A stretch of 64,000 bases of DNA from Lama glama (lineage: Eukaryota): NCBI GenBank assembly GCA_028534125.1, contig CM052816.1, positions 26,290,001 to 26,354,000 on the forward strand. Reading direction: 5' to 3'. The translations under genes were made by a program, and so were the position numbers. The number at the start of each line of letters is the position of its first letter. Positions within the stretch are counted from its first letter, which is position 1. Shown here one piece after another: positions 38,921-52,805 of the stretch. Under the pieces are notes generated by a model. It was not told the origin of the DNA and did no database searches. It saw only the letters and a program-made list of their open reading frames with translations.

Positions 38921-38929
38921 ACAAAATAA

Positions 38930-39660
38930 TGCATACTTATTTTAGTAAGTTCAACAGTATCAAATTGTAGAAGTAAAATGTTAACACTCTTCACTTCTTT
39001 AGGGTGTATCCTTCTACACCTTTCTCCACTAAATACACACACATACACAAATGCACACTCATAGTCACATGTCTAGAATTTATTTTGTTTTACTTTTTTA
39101 AAGGTGGTTACACTTTATGTAATACTCTAACTTTTTTTTAAAAAATTAAGTAATACATTATATAACTATTATAGGGAAATATTCTAGAGCCAATTTTAAA
39201 ATTGTTGCATACTTGTCACTGTATTTAGCATAACGTAATCAAGCATTTCTCTGTTGAGGCCTTTTGAGTTGTTTTAATGATTTTTGCTCCTTCAAATAAT
39301 GCTGCATTAAAATTGCATGTTCAAGTTTACATATTCTTGTTTTTATTTTTTATAGTCTTAAAATTGAGATTTCTGGGCTAAAGAGTATGAATATTCTAAA
39401 TTTTAATGTATATTTATAGATTACTTTTATAAAAGTAATTCATTGTTCCGCCAGCAAAGTACATAGCCTCATATCCTCACCAGCACTGGATGTTAGTTTT
39501 TGATGTTACGAATAAAAAATGAGACCCATTTATATTATATTTCTAATTTCTTTGCTAATGAAATGATCAACCATATTTTCATGTGATTAAGAGCTGGTTG
39601 ACATTCCTTTTTCTATCACTAGCTTCTTCATTTCCTGTGCCCATTTTTTATAGCATTACT
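38930..39660 (-). mobile_element. Ancient L1 (L1ME-like) 3' region
   Basis: aaataatgctgcattaaaa, gatttctgggctaaagagtatgaa, atatcctcaccagcactgg, catattttcatgtg are antisense L1 motifs. Confidence 0.65.
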
Positions 39661-41899
39661 TTATTTTTTAAAAAAAAATCAGTCTCTAACAGACTGTCAT
39701 CTTTCCTGAGCATAGCCTTTCAGTGTACATAATGTGCCTGTAAGCATGAAGGAGACAGTTCACTGTTTATGTAGATCATTGCAGTTTAATTGCATGGACA
39801 CCATGTTCCCACCACCAGTGAAAAACAAAAGGACCTGCAGGAAGGGGATGATGCAGTGGCCCTTGAACTTTCTATCAGTGGCACAGCAGCTAAACAAGTT
39901 CTAAAGAAAAATCATCTTGTCAACTTCCTTAAACTAGAAATGTATTTAGACTGCAGTATAGATCGAATGCCCGGCTTGCAGAATTTTCCAATTTGGTGTT
40001 GCTCCAGGTTAAAAACGTACCAGCTGAAGAATGTAAATTGGAATCATTTGCCATCCGTTCCTAATATAATGACTGATTTCCCACTCTGGATCCAGCGAGC
40101 TGCAGGCAATGGGTTTGAACTGAGTCCAAGTGGAAGGGGGCCAGACATATTAAATTTAAGGCCTCTATTGCACAACTCCCTACAGAAATTGTGCAAATAA
40201 TGTAGCTGAAGTGCTTTCTGCATGCTGTGTAACCCAACTCTTTGGGCAACCTGATTAATTCCTTGCCCTTTTCTATAGCATGCGTAGTTCGGAAATATAC
40301 TAAAAGGTGACAAAAAACATAATAGAATCTGTCAGGTATTACATTCGAGATGTTATCTTCTTTATTTTCAGTTTAAAAAAAATTTCCAAAAAAGTCCTCA
40401 TGAAGCTAGTATATAGTAATTACCCCTCAGTGCTATTTTCCTTTTGTTAATAAAAGTAATGTCAGTAACATCTAAGTCCAACCCTGGAGCCGAATGTTAT
40501 TTTACATCTATGTTAATTCTGCAAGAGCTAAATATAAATACACACCCAGGCTTAATACAGACTAGCCTGATTCATGCAAAACAACTTTTAATTGTACCAC
40601 TTTAACTCAAACCCCCTATCAGTGCATTTTTCTCCATTTTATGTAAGTGTATACTCGCAGTCTTCAGAGATTGAACTTTCATGCACCCTCACTCTGCTCT
40701 GTGTGCCTTTTCTCAAAGACTATGAGACAAGGATAACTTTTGAGCATAAATAATAAGATAGATGTAATCCAAGATTTGTGGTAACTCCAGTTTTAGTCGA
40801 TACAAAGAGGGAGGTGTTGATCTTGTCAAGGTTCCAATAAGAAAGTCATGCCAAGAATGACATGCCAAATTCTACCCAGTCATCTAAAACTAAGGCTTGT
40901 TGAAAGGAACTAATGTGTTAAGTAGATACTATTTTTTTTCCAAATGGAAACATTTTAGAGGTGACTTCTATGCTATTCTTTTTTTACTTGTAAAATCTTT
41001 TTTAATTGCACGCTAGGAACTAAGGGATAGTTCAGTATTTGGCAAATGAATTCTAACATATGACTTGGAAGTCAAATCTGGCAAAAATAGGTATGCGGTG
41101 TCTGGGTGCGTTACTGATCGGGATAATGAGCTCCTGAGAAGCTCATGCAAGGCTTGTATTACAAGTGCTGGGAGAATTTAGCACAGTGTTGGAAGCTGAG
41201 ACAATGAGTCAGAATGATTTTATTAGGCAACTTATAGTCAGAGTGAATTTTCTTTTTGTTTTCTAGATTTTGAGTTCTACATGTTTCCTTAGAGCAGGTA
41301 AATTGGTTTAAATCGGACAGAACAAACTCAGCTCCAGGAATTAGTAACCAATTCACTTTTAAGTGTCATATTCCATGTTACATTTAACAGATATCACATG
41401 TTTGTAGTTGGTCTTTTCTGTATATTGATGTTGGCTTAGGGGGAAAAGGAACTCAAATAATGAAGTGTTGTGATACTTAGAGATTGTATCCATAAACCAT
41501 GCTTAGCTATAGTATCAGTGTATGTTTGGGATAGAATTATGTAGCATGCCATAAAATATTTGTGTGTGTGTGAGAGAGAGAGATTCATGTCTAAAAATGC
41601 TCTTTTGGCACAGCAGTCTGCTTGTGGCCTGCTGACCTAAGGAAAAACATCTGGCAATTCAGTGGAAAAAATTGTAGGGTTAATTGATATGGGAAGACTA
41701 ATAGGATTCTGGCTGTGCTTGGGATCAGAATGTGACCTCTGAGATACCTTGAATTGGAAACTGGAAAACATTTTAGATCTTACACTTGAAAAAATATTTG
41801 AAGCAGTGCCATATGCCAGAGTTAATCAGTGTCAAAATGTGTTACTTCACATCTTACTCTTATAAGTAAGTGGTAAAAGAATGAAAATGTTTGCCCTTT

Positions 41900-42262
41900 T
41901 GTTATGGACTGAATTGTGTTCTCCCCAAGTTCATATATTGAAGTTTTGGCTCCCATTGTGACTGTATTTGGAGATAGGGCTTTGGAGGAGGTCATTAAGG
42001 TTAAATGAGGTCATAAGAATGGGGTCCTATCCCAGTTCTTCCCTATAAGAAATGAAAGAGATACTAGGAATGTACACTTAGAGGAAAGGCCATGTGAGGA
42101 CACTGGGAGGAGGCAGAGAGGAGAGAGGCCTCAGGAGAAACCCCCCTGCTAACGCCTTTGATCTTGGACTTCTAGCCTCCTGAACTGTGAGCAGATACAT
42201 TTCTGTCATTTAAGACACCAGCCTGTTGTATTTTGTTATGACAGCCCTCGCTGACTAATATA
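41900..42262 (+). mobile_element. MLT1A-like solo LTR, complete, with 5-bp TSD
   Basis: tgttatggactgaattgtgt...gatcttggacttctagcctcctgaactgtgag...acagccctcgctgactaatata. TSD CCTTT at 41895-41899 and 42263-42267. Confidence 0.9.
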
Positions 42263-42454
42263 CCTTTTGTCTAGTTGCCTGAAAAGAGTCTAAGGCACTA
42301 TGGATAAATGAAATGTCTCTGTTTTGGAGTCTCTATGCTGCCAAAAACAGTTATTTGTATTCTTATAGGTATTCTGGAGGCAGACACAACTCTAGGAGCA
42401 GGCTAGAAACTGTGCTGATAGGGTCTGAAGTGGTCATAGAAATTGTCAGAGTAA

Positions 42455-42958
42455 GTAGGGTGGACATCTCTTGCTTTTGCTTGCCCACATTTACTCTCCC
42501 TCCCGCTCTGACACACACGGCTTTCCAGTGAGGAGTGACCCCAGCCCATGGCTCCACGTGGGGCAGGTGACTCCGACCTGGATGGGAGTACAGTAACCCC
42601 TTCCCAGAAGGATTCTTCAGGAGTGGATTTCCGACAGTCACAGTCATTAAGCGCCAGCCCACACACTCTTACTGGACCTCCTGGGAAAGAGACCTGTACT
42701 TTCTGTTGTTCCTCAGGTGATGATAGGGTATGAGCCTGGTGCTGCTGGTGGCCGTTTCTCCGAGAATCATGTCAAAACAGAGGAGGCCCAAGTAGACAGG
42801 AAGAGAAAGATACACTGCTGATAGCAGTCTTAGAGAAGTGACATTGAGCCATCCCTGAACCCAAACTTGGACTTTCCCATTTCAAGAACCAATAAATCAG
42901 TCTGTTTTCACATAAGCTTGTTTAAATTTGACTTTCTGGCTCTTGCAGCTAAAAGACA
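42455..42958 (+). mobile_element. LTR16-like ERVL solo LTR
   Basis: tggacatctcttgcttttgcttgccc...tgagcctggtgctgctggtggcc...ggactttccc...ccaataaa...cttgcagctaaaaga. Confidence 0.7.
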
Positions 42959-43524
42959 CATTTTAGTTATCTCTGTGCCTGAAGATTAAAAGAGCAATTT
43001 AAAACTCTGACGCAAATGCCCTCACCCTTCTTCCAAGTCATCCAAACTTCTATGAAGTTTCTGTTAAACCTGAGCTCAGATTCCACATTCTCTGTGAACA
43101 GCCTCCTCCTCTTGTCTCTTAGTTCCTGGTATAATTCTTGAGGTGCCCAGCAGATGCTACCTCACCCTGTTATTTATGTATGTGTGTCAGTTCTGAAACT
43201 CACAGCCTAGTCTTAGAGGATGGGTCATGTGGAAACTTAACAATGAGACTGTTCTCTGCAGTGTACTGGGCTGGTTTGTTGGCAGATGGGGATGTAGAGG
43301 GAGATCTGTCACTGGACTAGAGAGGGTGTCCTCAAGGCCTATAGGAGCTCGATGGCAGTGAAAGCAAAGACACTGAACATGTATCTGCAGACTATGCAGA
43401 AAATAATAGGGCTGATTGGGGCAGAGCACAGGTCATCAGTTACCTGGAGATTGGGTAAGGGACAGCAGCAGGAGTTAAAGGGTTACTTCTTAGCAATAGA
43501 CTTGTTTCTGGCCTACTCATTATA

Positions 43525-44672
43525 TATAATAAGTTGAATAGTGCCCCCCCCCACCAATTCATGTCTACCTGGAACCTAAGAATGTGACTGTATTTGAAAA
43601 TAAATGTCTTTATAGATGTAATTAGTTAAGGATCTTAAGATGAAATCCTTCTGAACTTAGGTGGCCTCTAAATCCAATGACTGGTTGTCCTTGTGAGAGA
43701 GGATAGGACACAGAAACAGCCTAGAAAGAGGGGCATGTGGAGAGAGAGGCAGAAGTTGGGGTTATGTTTGGCCACTAGCCAAGGAACACCAGGAGCCATC
43801 AGGAGTTGGAAGAAGCAGGGAAGAGACAGTCTGTGGAAGGATCGAGGCCCTCATACCTTGATTTGGACTTCTTGCCTCAGCACTGTGAGAAAATGAATTC
43901 TTTTTTTTAAATTGAAATATAGTTGATTTACAGTATTACATTGGTTTCAGGTACACAGCAAAGTGATTCGGTTATACATATATATACATGCATATATCTA
44001 TATTCTTCTTAAAAATTCTTTTCCATTATAGTTTATTACAAGATATTGAATGTAATTCCCTATCCCATGCAGTAAATCCTTGTTGTTTGTTTTATGTGTG
44101 GTGGTGTGTATGTGTTAATCCCATACTCCCAATTTATCCCTCCACCATCTTCCCCTTCGGTAACCGTAAGTTTGTTTTCTGTCTATGACTCTGTTTCTGT
44201 TTTGTGCTTAAGTTTGTATCATATTTTAGATTCCACATATAAGTGGTATCATATGATACTTGTCTTTCTCTGTGTGACTGACTTCACTTATTATGATCAT
44301 CTTTAGGTTCATCCATGTTGCTGCAACTGGCACTATTTCATTTTTTGTTTTTTTTTTTAATGGCTGAGTACTATTCTGTTGTATATATATACACCATATC
44401 TTCTTTATCCAGTCACCTGTTGATGGACACTTAGCTTGCTTCAATGTCTCGGCTATTGTAAATAGTACTGCTGTGAACATTGGGGTGCATGTATCTTTTG
44501 GAATTAGAGCTTTGTCTTTCCCTGATTTATGTCCAGGAGTAGTATTGCCAGATTATATGGTAACCCTTTTTTTAGTTTTTTAAGGAACCTACATACTGTT
44601 GAAAAGAAATTATTGTTGTTTTAAGACACCAAATTTTTGGTAGTGTTACAGCACCCATAGGAAACTAATGCA
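43525..44672 (+). mobile_element. MLT1B/C-like LTR split by an L1 insertion
   Basis: ggaacctaagaatgtgactgtatttgaaaataa...ccttgatttggacttc...ctgtgagaaaatgaatt, resuming at 44601 with ...ttgttttaagacacc...gttacagcacccataggaaactaatgca. Confidence 0.85.
43901..44600 (-). mobile_element. 5'-truncated L1 (ORF2 C-terminus, 3'UTR, polyA)
   Basis: ORF 44226-44480 (MFTAVLFTIAETLKQAKCPSTGDWIKKIWCIY) is the L1 ORF2 C-terminus. Poly-T at 43901. Imperfect TSD gaaaatgaatt / gaaaagaaatt. Confidence 0.92.
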
Positions 44673-45124
44673 CTAGAGAACCTGTAAGTACGGGAATATG
44701 GGAAGAAGGTTGAAAGCTTTTGAGAGGGGTAGAGTTCACATCCAACTTCATTAGCATTGAGATCACAAAGAACAGTGCTCTTCCCCATGTAAGTTCCATC
44801 CTGCGCTTTTAATCCTAATTAATCAGATGCTGACAACTCTTGTATGTTATCTGCTGGCCATTCCCTGTCAGGAAAAGCAGAGATGTGCTGAGCTTTGTAC
44901 ACTTTCCCAGAAGGGGAGGGATTGAAAAATAGGGAGCATGATGATTTCACTATGGATATTCTGCAGTGTGCTTTGGCACCCTGACAGTTTGGCCATCTGC
45001 TTCATGGAGGTAGTCCAGCTCCATCAAAGAGACAGTATAATTTCTGTCACTTCTTAGAAAAGCATCCTTGTAACACAACAGTCATTTAACGGGCTCATTG
45101 TGTAGCGGTGTAAATGTTCACGAC

Positions 45125-45259
45125 GAGGGTCAGCATCCATCCCAGTTTGTGTTGGACAGTCCGATGTACGGGTGTTGTCCCAGCCTAATTAATTATAGCC
45201 CTCCCCCTTTCACTTTGCAAAGTGCCCCTGTGTGGATGACAGATTACATAGCAACCTTA
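45125..45259 (+). mobile_element. MER94 hAT-Blackjack MITE
   Basis: agggtcagcatccatcccagtttg...ggacagtcc...aattatagccctccccctttcactttgcaaagtg...gcaacctta. Confidence 0.75.
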
Positions 45260-47279
45260 GTTATGACACCATCCCTCCTTTCTTTAAAAAAAAAAAAAAA
45301 GCTCAAACTCTTGACAAATTGATTTAGTTTTCTTTTCTTGCCAACCCCTCAAGATTACTTAGTTACAATGTTTTGGAAACAGAGATTAATTTTTTTGAGG
45401 GGATTTTGCTCTGGAATGAGAGAGGGGAAATTTGTAATTGATTTGTTTCCTAAAGACTGGTTGGCTTCTGCTACCCCCTCCCCCCCCCAACCCCAGGTTC
45501 CTCCCCTACCTGCTTTTTTGCTTTGGCCAGCACAGCCGTACCTCTCTCCAGTGAAAGGAATTTGGCCGCTTCAGCAGTGTGATCAACTGCACACAGCAGT
45601 GTCTGCAAAGCAGGTGGAAGCTGGCATCCTGCCCAAGCCTGGCCAGACAGCTTCATAAATCCTACCCTCACCGCAGCCCCGAATTACTTTTCATGACACA
45701 AAGCCAAGCTGTGTTATTCACCTAATGCCCCGATTTACAGTTCCCAAGACAAAAGAACATACAGATAGAGTTTCAGGGCTCTGTTTGCCTTCACGTTTAT
45801 CTAAAGGTTAGTTTCAGGTCAAGCTCAAGAAACCTGACAAATGGTGGTGAATAAACCTAAAAATAAATTAAGTGCAAGTGGGAAACTTAAGCATTCCTTG
45901 TTCTTGTGCCAAAAGAAAAGTCAGCCCAATTTACATTCTTTGAATATCTGAAATAGGCAGCTGTTCTCTTATTTGTGGCATCCTGGGGAACTATTATAGC
46001 CCCCTTCAGCTCATGTGTATATGCACGCGTGTGCTTATACACAAGGCACACACGTGAACATGCGCACACACTCGCGTCTTCACAGTCCCCATTTGGGCCT
46101 TGGTTCTTGTGTCTTCAAGGACCTGAGTTAATAGAAGACTTAACTAGTTGCACATGGAGAAAAGCGCTTATCTGAAGGGATGCTCTGGTGGCCCAGGAGT
46201 GCCTCCAGACCCAGGAATACTAGGACTTCGAGTAAGAAATCTTATCACTCTAAAAACAAGAAAATCAGATGTAGAAATGCAGATACTTGCAGAGAGAGAA
46301 GTGCAGACGTATCATATCCATGAGGGTGAAGGCCCAGCAGTTCATTCGTGCTGGATCTTGGGACTGTAGGATAACAACTTGCTGGCAGTGGTTCACATTT
46401 TCAGTGAATGCCTAGTTTGCAAATTAGTTTCTTTGTTTGGTTTCATTTTTTGAAGCATATCTGCATTTCCAGCTCATCATTTTCAGGCACCTGTACCTGC
46501 CCTGAGTCTCTCCCCATCTCCCCCTTCTTCTAACCCCACTCTCCAGAAGCAGTCAGGGGATAAGATAAATGAGAAATATGGTGATGTTAACAATTGAGCA
46601 TTTGTCAATGCTTTCTCTTAGCAAGGCTAATGATTTTATTAAAGTGAATAAAGTCCATCAGTGAGTGAGTCTCTCAAGGTAGCCCTCACTGGCCAAGGGT
46701 ACCACTGACTGAATGTGGCTCTGTGGAAGCCTCAGGAGGCCAGAGTCTGTGGCCAAGAGGTCCACCCTGCCGGGCTGCTGGGACAGTACTGCATTCCCTG
46801 GGCCTGGGTAAAGGTGTTTCTTTAAAAAATAGACAGTAAAAGTCTACTGCCTTCCAGCTTCAAAAGGCTATCACCAACCTTGAGATTTATTCTCTTGCTG
46901 TTGTTTTTTTAGATGTAAACTTTCTCTGTGATGTCAATTTTCCCTCCTCTCATTCTCACTTCCTACCCACTCAGCCTCATTTTTCTGTCCATGGGCTTGT
47001 AATAGAAGTCTCACTGACATAAGACATTTTGAGAGAATAAACACAGCAATTCCATCCAAATTTGACAGTGGGTTTTGAGATTCCAGCTGCCTCTGTTACC
47101 AAGTAATAGAACAAGCTCCAGAATTTTTCTACAGACCAAGTGAAGTAAAACCCACCACTGTCAAGGCGGTGAATGCAGAGAGGAAGCGTGGCAGATGAAT
47201 GCATTTCAGTGACTGGCTTGACACATCTGCCATATGGTTTGTGGATAGTAGCACTTGGACAGTTGGGGTAAAAAGGAGT

Positions 47280-47745
47280 TTGTTGAGTGAATGTCTTAGG
47301 GGTAGGCCCCTCCTGTGGCACCATTAGCAGCCACATCTCTTCTACCACATCCTCTCTGCTCTCGCCCATCCTGCACATACTGCTGGGGTCCCACTGCAAG
47401 CTCTTTGTCTCTCCCCCTAATGGCTTTCCTTCATTCACAGACATCGTGGGCTAAAAGTACAGGGATGTCAGCTCAGGGAACATCCCTCGGCCAACGAGGA
47501 GGACAGGTGTCCCAGTCAGGACAAACGAAATGCGTTTTACACAAGCTCCCAGCTGTCCCCAGTACGACTGTCACCAGTGCCCACAAGGGCAGCTTCTCGC
47601 TCAGTAGCACATCCTTGAATGGCTTCTTGCCTTCCTATCTCATGTCCCCTCCTCACATTTGGTGTTTTGGGATCCTCTCACCAGTAAAGTTCTTGTATTC
47701 AGACCCTTGTCTGGAGTCAGCTTCCAGAGGATCCAACTTAAGAAA
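47280..47745 (+). mobile_element. ERVL-class LTR fragment (LTR40/MER21-like 3' end)
   Basis: Ends agtaaagttcttgtattcagacccttgtctggagtcagcttccagaggatccaacttaaga. Confidence 0.5.
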
Positions 47746-47927
47746 GCCCAATATGAGGATATTTGTGAATAGGCAAGGTGAGAACATGGGAGTTAACTGA
47801 CTTGTTCCTGAAGAATGATCCCCAGAGTGGATTTGGAAATGGCATAGGGGATGTGACCCAGGAGTGCCTGAATAGATGGATGGGGGTTACAGAATGTTAA
47901 CTTCCAGATCCAAATGTACTTGTAAAA

Positions 47928-47929
<2 letters not shown>

Positions 47930-47970
<41 letters not shown>

Positions 47971-47999
47971 CGCGCGCGCGCGCGCGCACACGCGCGTGC
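47930..47999. repeat. (TG)16(CG)12 compound microsatellite in a 70-bp alternating purine-pyrimidine tract
   Basis: TG units at 47931-47962, CG units at 47963-47986, then cacacgcgcgtgc. Confidence 0.95.
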
Positions 48000-49224
48000 T
48001 GGGGGAAGGCGGATAGTGGGGAGAAACTAGGTAAGGATTTCTAGTCTTTCATTATTAGAATTTTGACTGGGAAGACAAAGCATTGCTTTGAGATTTGTCT
48101 GTGTGTTTGAATGTTATTAATGTATTCCAGGAAGTACTGAACACCAACTTGAAGCCTTTATCAGCTTTTCCTTGCTCTAATTTCTAAAGCAAAAATGCCT
48201 TCCCTCCAAATACTCTATTAAAAGAACATATGAAATTAATGAAACATATCATTACTTTTACAATGGCCAAATTGTAGATTTGTCACAGTACAGAGACAGA
48301 AACTTATTAAGTCATTGTACTTCTGCTTCACATTTTATAGTGTATTAAAAGAAAAAGAATTTTCCAAACGTACTGAACCTCCTTTTTTCCTGTTGTCTCT
48401 CTGAAACTTCTTTTATAGTTTGAGCTGCAAATCAGCTGACTTGTCTCTCTCTGCCTGTAGTATCAGTGAAACAGAAATTAAGGATAGCTGTGGCTGAAAA
48501 TGAGAATCTCAATTTGGGATTGTGAATTTCATGACTTATTTGAAAACCAGGATAGAGTCAACAAGTCTTCCTCCTTTGAAAGCAGATGAGGACAACAGCA
48601 TTCTTCTTTATCAACCTATCAGAGTCCTCCCCTCATATCTTTCAGGGAAACTGAATTATTTCAGTTGGATTTGGGCGTTTTAGCAAAAGTCAGCACAATT
48701 GCAGCTTGAAGCCATGCTGATTGTTGAGTTACCTGCTATACTATATCGAACAATGCTGCATCATTTGAGTGGATACTGTGAGTGTAGGAAAGAGTGATAT
48801 GAGAAATCAAGTGTGAATCATGGGGGTACTGGTTAGTTCTCCTTTGAGACTGTCCCTATGCTGAACTTTAATCAAATGCTTGGAAAGAATATGAAAATCC
48901 TCTCAAACCTGTGCACACCGATGTTTCTTCCTTGACTTTTTTTTTTCAGAGTCAGTCTGCATTTAAAACAGTTTGGACAGAAACAATTTGAAGTGACTTA
49001 CCTTTAAATAACCACAAACTTTTTTCACTTTGAAAAAACCAAAGCAAACAAAATTTCTCATCAAATACTTGACAGGAAAAGTGTCTGCAGACCTCGATCG
49101 TGGAACTTTGTCCTTCTTACCTTAATTTGGAAAGTCATCTAGGAAATGACCTATTGAGGGAGAGAAGTACATTTCCTTTGGCCCTATCCCACATTCTCCT
49201 GGGTATCCTTCAGTTACTTTTTGC

Positions 49225-49552
49225 ATCAGACAGGATTCAAAAGAGATTGATTGATTGACTGGTTTTAAGGAATTGACTGGCAAATTCAAAATCCATACAA
49301 GGCTGACTGGAAACTCAGGCAGGATTTCTATGTTGCAGTCTTGAGACAGAATTCTTTCTTCTCTGGCTTTCGACTGATTGGATGAGACCCATCCACCCAC
49401 ATTATGGAGGATAATCTGTTTTACTTAAATTCAGCTGGTTGTAAATATTAATCATATCTACAAAATACCTTCACAGCAACATCTAAACTAATGTTTGGTT
49501 AAAGTTGGGCACTGTAGACTAGCCAAGTTGACATATAAAATTAATTATCATG
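49225..49552 (-). mobile_element. MLT2 (ERVL) solo LTR
   Basis: ttttaaggaattgact...gactgattggatgagaccc...aaataccttcacagcaacatcta...ctagccaagttgacatataaaattaattatca. Confidence 0.85.
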
Positions 49553-49719
49553 CCACACAGAATGAAATCATTGCCTTCATGTGTCATGTTGTATTGGAAG
49601 AATATAGTATTTTGAATGAAAGAGATTAGATTCGAAATCTAGGTCTGCCGCTTCTTGTATGTCCTTTAGCAAATAAAAAATTTTCTGACTCTTAGTTTTC
49701 TTGTTTATAAAATCATGCA

Positions 49720-50240
49720 TATCAGTGAAGAGTCTTTCTCTTGCAAGATACAGAAAACCAAATCCAGTCAGACTCAAGAAAAGAAAGGGGGAATGAATTG
49801 GCTTAAGTGATAAAAAATTTTGAGATGTTGGCATGAATTCAGGATTCAGATTGATCCAGATCCCAGATGATGCCAGGAGACTTGTTTAGACTCTTGTTTC
49901 TCCTTCTCGCATCTCAACTCCCTTTGCCCCATCTTGCATTCTCACGAGGCTCTCCTTCTATGGTGGCAGACCATTTCTAGAAGTTTCAGTCTACAACGTG
50001 TTAAGTGAAAGGTCAGTTAAAGGGCACCTTTCTGTTCTCCCAAGATATCCCCAACCACTTTCTGTGTCTGGGGCAGGAAGTGCTTAACATAGCCAGGCTT
50101 GTTCACATGCTCTATTTCCTAGCTAAGATACAGCCCCATCCAAAGAGGTAGGCTGAGAAGAGGCAATGGATGGCTCCCCAATCAAAATTTGCAGCCCTAT
50201 TATCTGAAAAGGGGAAATGGATCCTAGGGAGGTGAAAACA
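49720..50240 (-). mobile_element. MLT1J/K-like LTR
   Basis: atcagtgaagagtctttctcttgcaagatacagaaaaccaaatcc...ggggcaggaagtg...gccaggcttgttcacatgc. Confidence 0.55.
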
Positions 50241-51027
50241 AACGTGATGACTTTAGTACTTAACTTACAGGGTGGTTATCACGATTCTGTGTGTGTTTAT
50301 AAAACCTGTGGAGCAAAGCAGGATTTTGATGTATGGCTGTTGCTGTTTTTGAAATGCTGCTGTTGGTACAGACTTGGGGAAACTGAATTGTACATACTTT
50401 GCAGCAGTGTTAAAACCCTGCTTCCATCTCAGCTCTGACTCTCCCAGCTACTTCTCTTTCTCTCTCAAGAGGACTGGCCACTGAAGTGCAGTCTCCCTTC
50501 AGTCAGAGCAGCTCTGACTAATGAAAATACTTAACTAAATATTCTTAGGCATTGGCACACAGGACAGGAATGGACATACTATATATGTTAGAAAAAATAT
50601 TTTGATGCTTTTTTAAAAAATGATGAGCTGCTAGGGGATTTATCTTAGATAGTCTTATGTAAAAATGGCCAACGTCATCTTGGTATTTCATTTGCATGTA
50701 ATCAACCTGTCCTAAAAAGAATGAATAGAACTGATTGGAAGTGAAATTTTGGCAAATTGAAATGATAGTACAGGATAATTTTTAGTTGAAATTGAAATGA
50801 AGGGAGTTCAAAATAGAGAAAAAATGAACTATAATGGGAATTCTGGAAGGTTCTATAATCAGCTTACCTTGAGCAAAAGAATTAAAAGCAATTAATGGAA
50901 CATATTGGCTCCTGGGGTAAACTTAGACACAATGCCCGCTGCTCACAGATCTTTATTTCATTCTTTTAGTTCGATGCTGAAACTTTCTCTCTTCTTCTCT
51001 CCAACTTCTTTTTCAGCATTTTTTATA

Positions 51028-51190
51028 CAACTGTCCCTTGGTATTTGCGGGAGATTGGTTCTAGGAACTCCTGAGCATACAAAAATCTGAGGATATTCAA
51101 GTCTCTTGTATAAAATGGCATAGAGCAATGAGTGCAGTTGGCCCTCTGTATCCATAGGCTTTGCATCCATGGATGTGGAGGGCCAACTAC
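51028..51190. mobile_element. MER2-like TcMar-Tigger MITE
   Basis: caactgtcccttggtatttgcgggagattggttctagga...caagtctcttgtataaaatggcatag...ggatgtggagggccaact, with terminal inverted repeats. Confidence 0.8.
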
Positions 51191-52805
51191 TCCCATCTTC
51201 AGTAACACTTCTTGGGCTTCTCAGTGGCATCTCAGCTTGCCTTGGAAAAATGAAGTGTGTGTGTGTATGTTGGTGATTTGGCAAGGTTATATTAGAGATG
51301 TTGGAATTAGAGATTCTGAAATTAGGAATTATTCTACTGGTAGCATTAATATTATTTTGAGTACATTGGAGTGGGAAGAGATGGTAGGTAAGAATATTTC
51401 TGAAAATCAACTGTGCAGTCCAGGCACCCAGCAACCCAGCAAAACCTTAGACCCTAACTTTGGGATCAGGAGACTTAAGTGTTACTGTAACATGAAACAA
51501 AGAATATTCGTTTTTCTGAAAACAACTACATCTAGAGGAAAAGAATGAGGCTAGCACCTTTAGGAGTTAGGGAAGAAGATGAGGTGACAAAAGACGGTCA
51601 ATTCCTAGGAAGAGGTTTATGATAGCCACAGAAATTCTTTGCAAAAATGTTTTTGAATCCCTTTTCAAATCATTTTATTGTATATTTTTCCAGATCTTTG
51701 CGAGTTGAGGATATTTGTATAATCAGATGTTTTTCTGTGCTGCGCCAACAGCCTGGTTACTCCTGCTTCCTGGGCTGCTGGCTCCTGCCTTCAGTGGGTC
51801 AGGGAGGCAGGTGCTCCAAAATACTGACTTGGAAATGCACTAGAGTTTTATGAGCAAATATTTAGAAGAAGATCAAATTACAGTCCTCCCAAACTTGGCA
51901 GACTTTCATATACATGGAGCTAAATTAAAATTGAGAACAGATCAAATGAGGGGAAAAGGAAGAAAAGGTCTTTGAGGAAAGAAATGTATAGGTCCTAGAA
52001 AAGTAGGAGTTACTTTCTCATCTGCATCTTGAATAAAAGCAAATCATGATTAGTTTAAATAATGATTTCCCCTTAAAGCATGACTCTGCTAGCAAGCACT
52101 TCTAATATTTTATTTTTCTCTAAATATCTCAACAAGGGTTTTTGTCAGTCAGTAACGGTAACAGGGCACCATTACGAACGTTGAGCCAACTTGGCCTTGG
52201 CACCTTTAATTGGAACAAAGCAGAGAGGTTAGCATACTGACAGTAATTGAGTTTTACCATGATCATAACTGCCATCTAGACAGAAACACAGAGTGATGTT
52301 TTATTTCGTCAACAATGATAATATTCATGGAGTGCTTATTAAGACTAAGTGTTTTTCATAAATTATTCTAATCGGTATTTATATCAACCATCTAAAGTAA
52401 GTATAATTATCCCCACTTTACTGTGTGTGTGAAGAAACTGAGGCTTCAGGAGATGAAAATGACCTGGCTTCTAACAGAATTCCATCCCAAGTCCTTCTGA
52501 CTCCAAAGCTCGTACTTTAACCACTCATGCGTACTCTAGAGTAGACCTTGGCTAATATTTTGATTTTTAAACAAATCATCATAGTTATGGACGGATTTTG
52601 AGATAGAACAAATAAGTAGACACTTCAAGGTCATCATACTCTTCTTAAGCTGTGGAGTAAGGAGTGGAAGTGCCATTTCCAGTTCACTTTAATACATTAC
52701 TAGTCATTTTATTCCTCCAGTTGTGCCGTAGTGACAGTTCCACTTCTTTGTAATGAATTCTTGGCCAGATTTCTTAAGTTTCCAGCCATTTTTGGTATAA
52801 GACAT

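Noticed and set aside
38717..38929. Functional zinc-finger microprotein
   Set aside because: It is a residual open stretch of ERV-L pol (RNase H-integrase junction) surrounded by stops.
44226..44480. 84-aa protein gene
   Set aside because: It is the L1 ORF2 C-terminal remnant of a truncated element.
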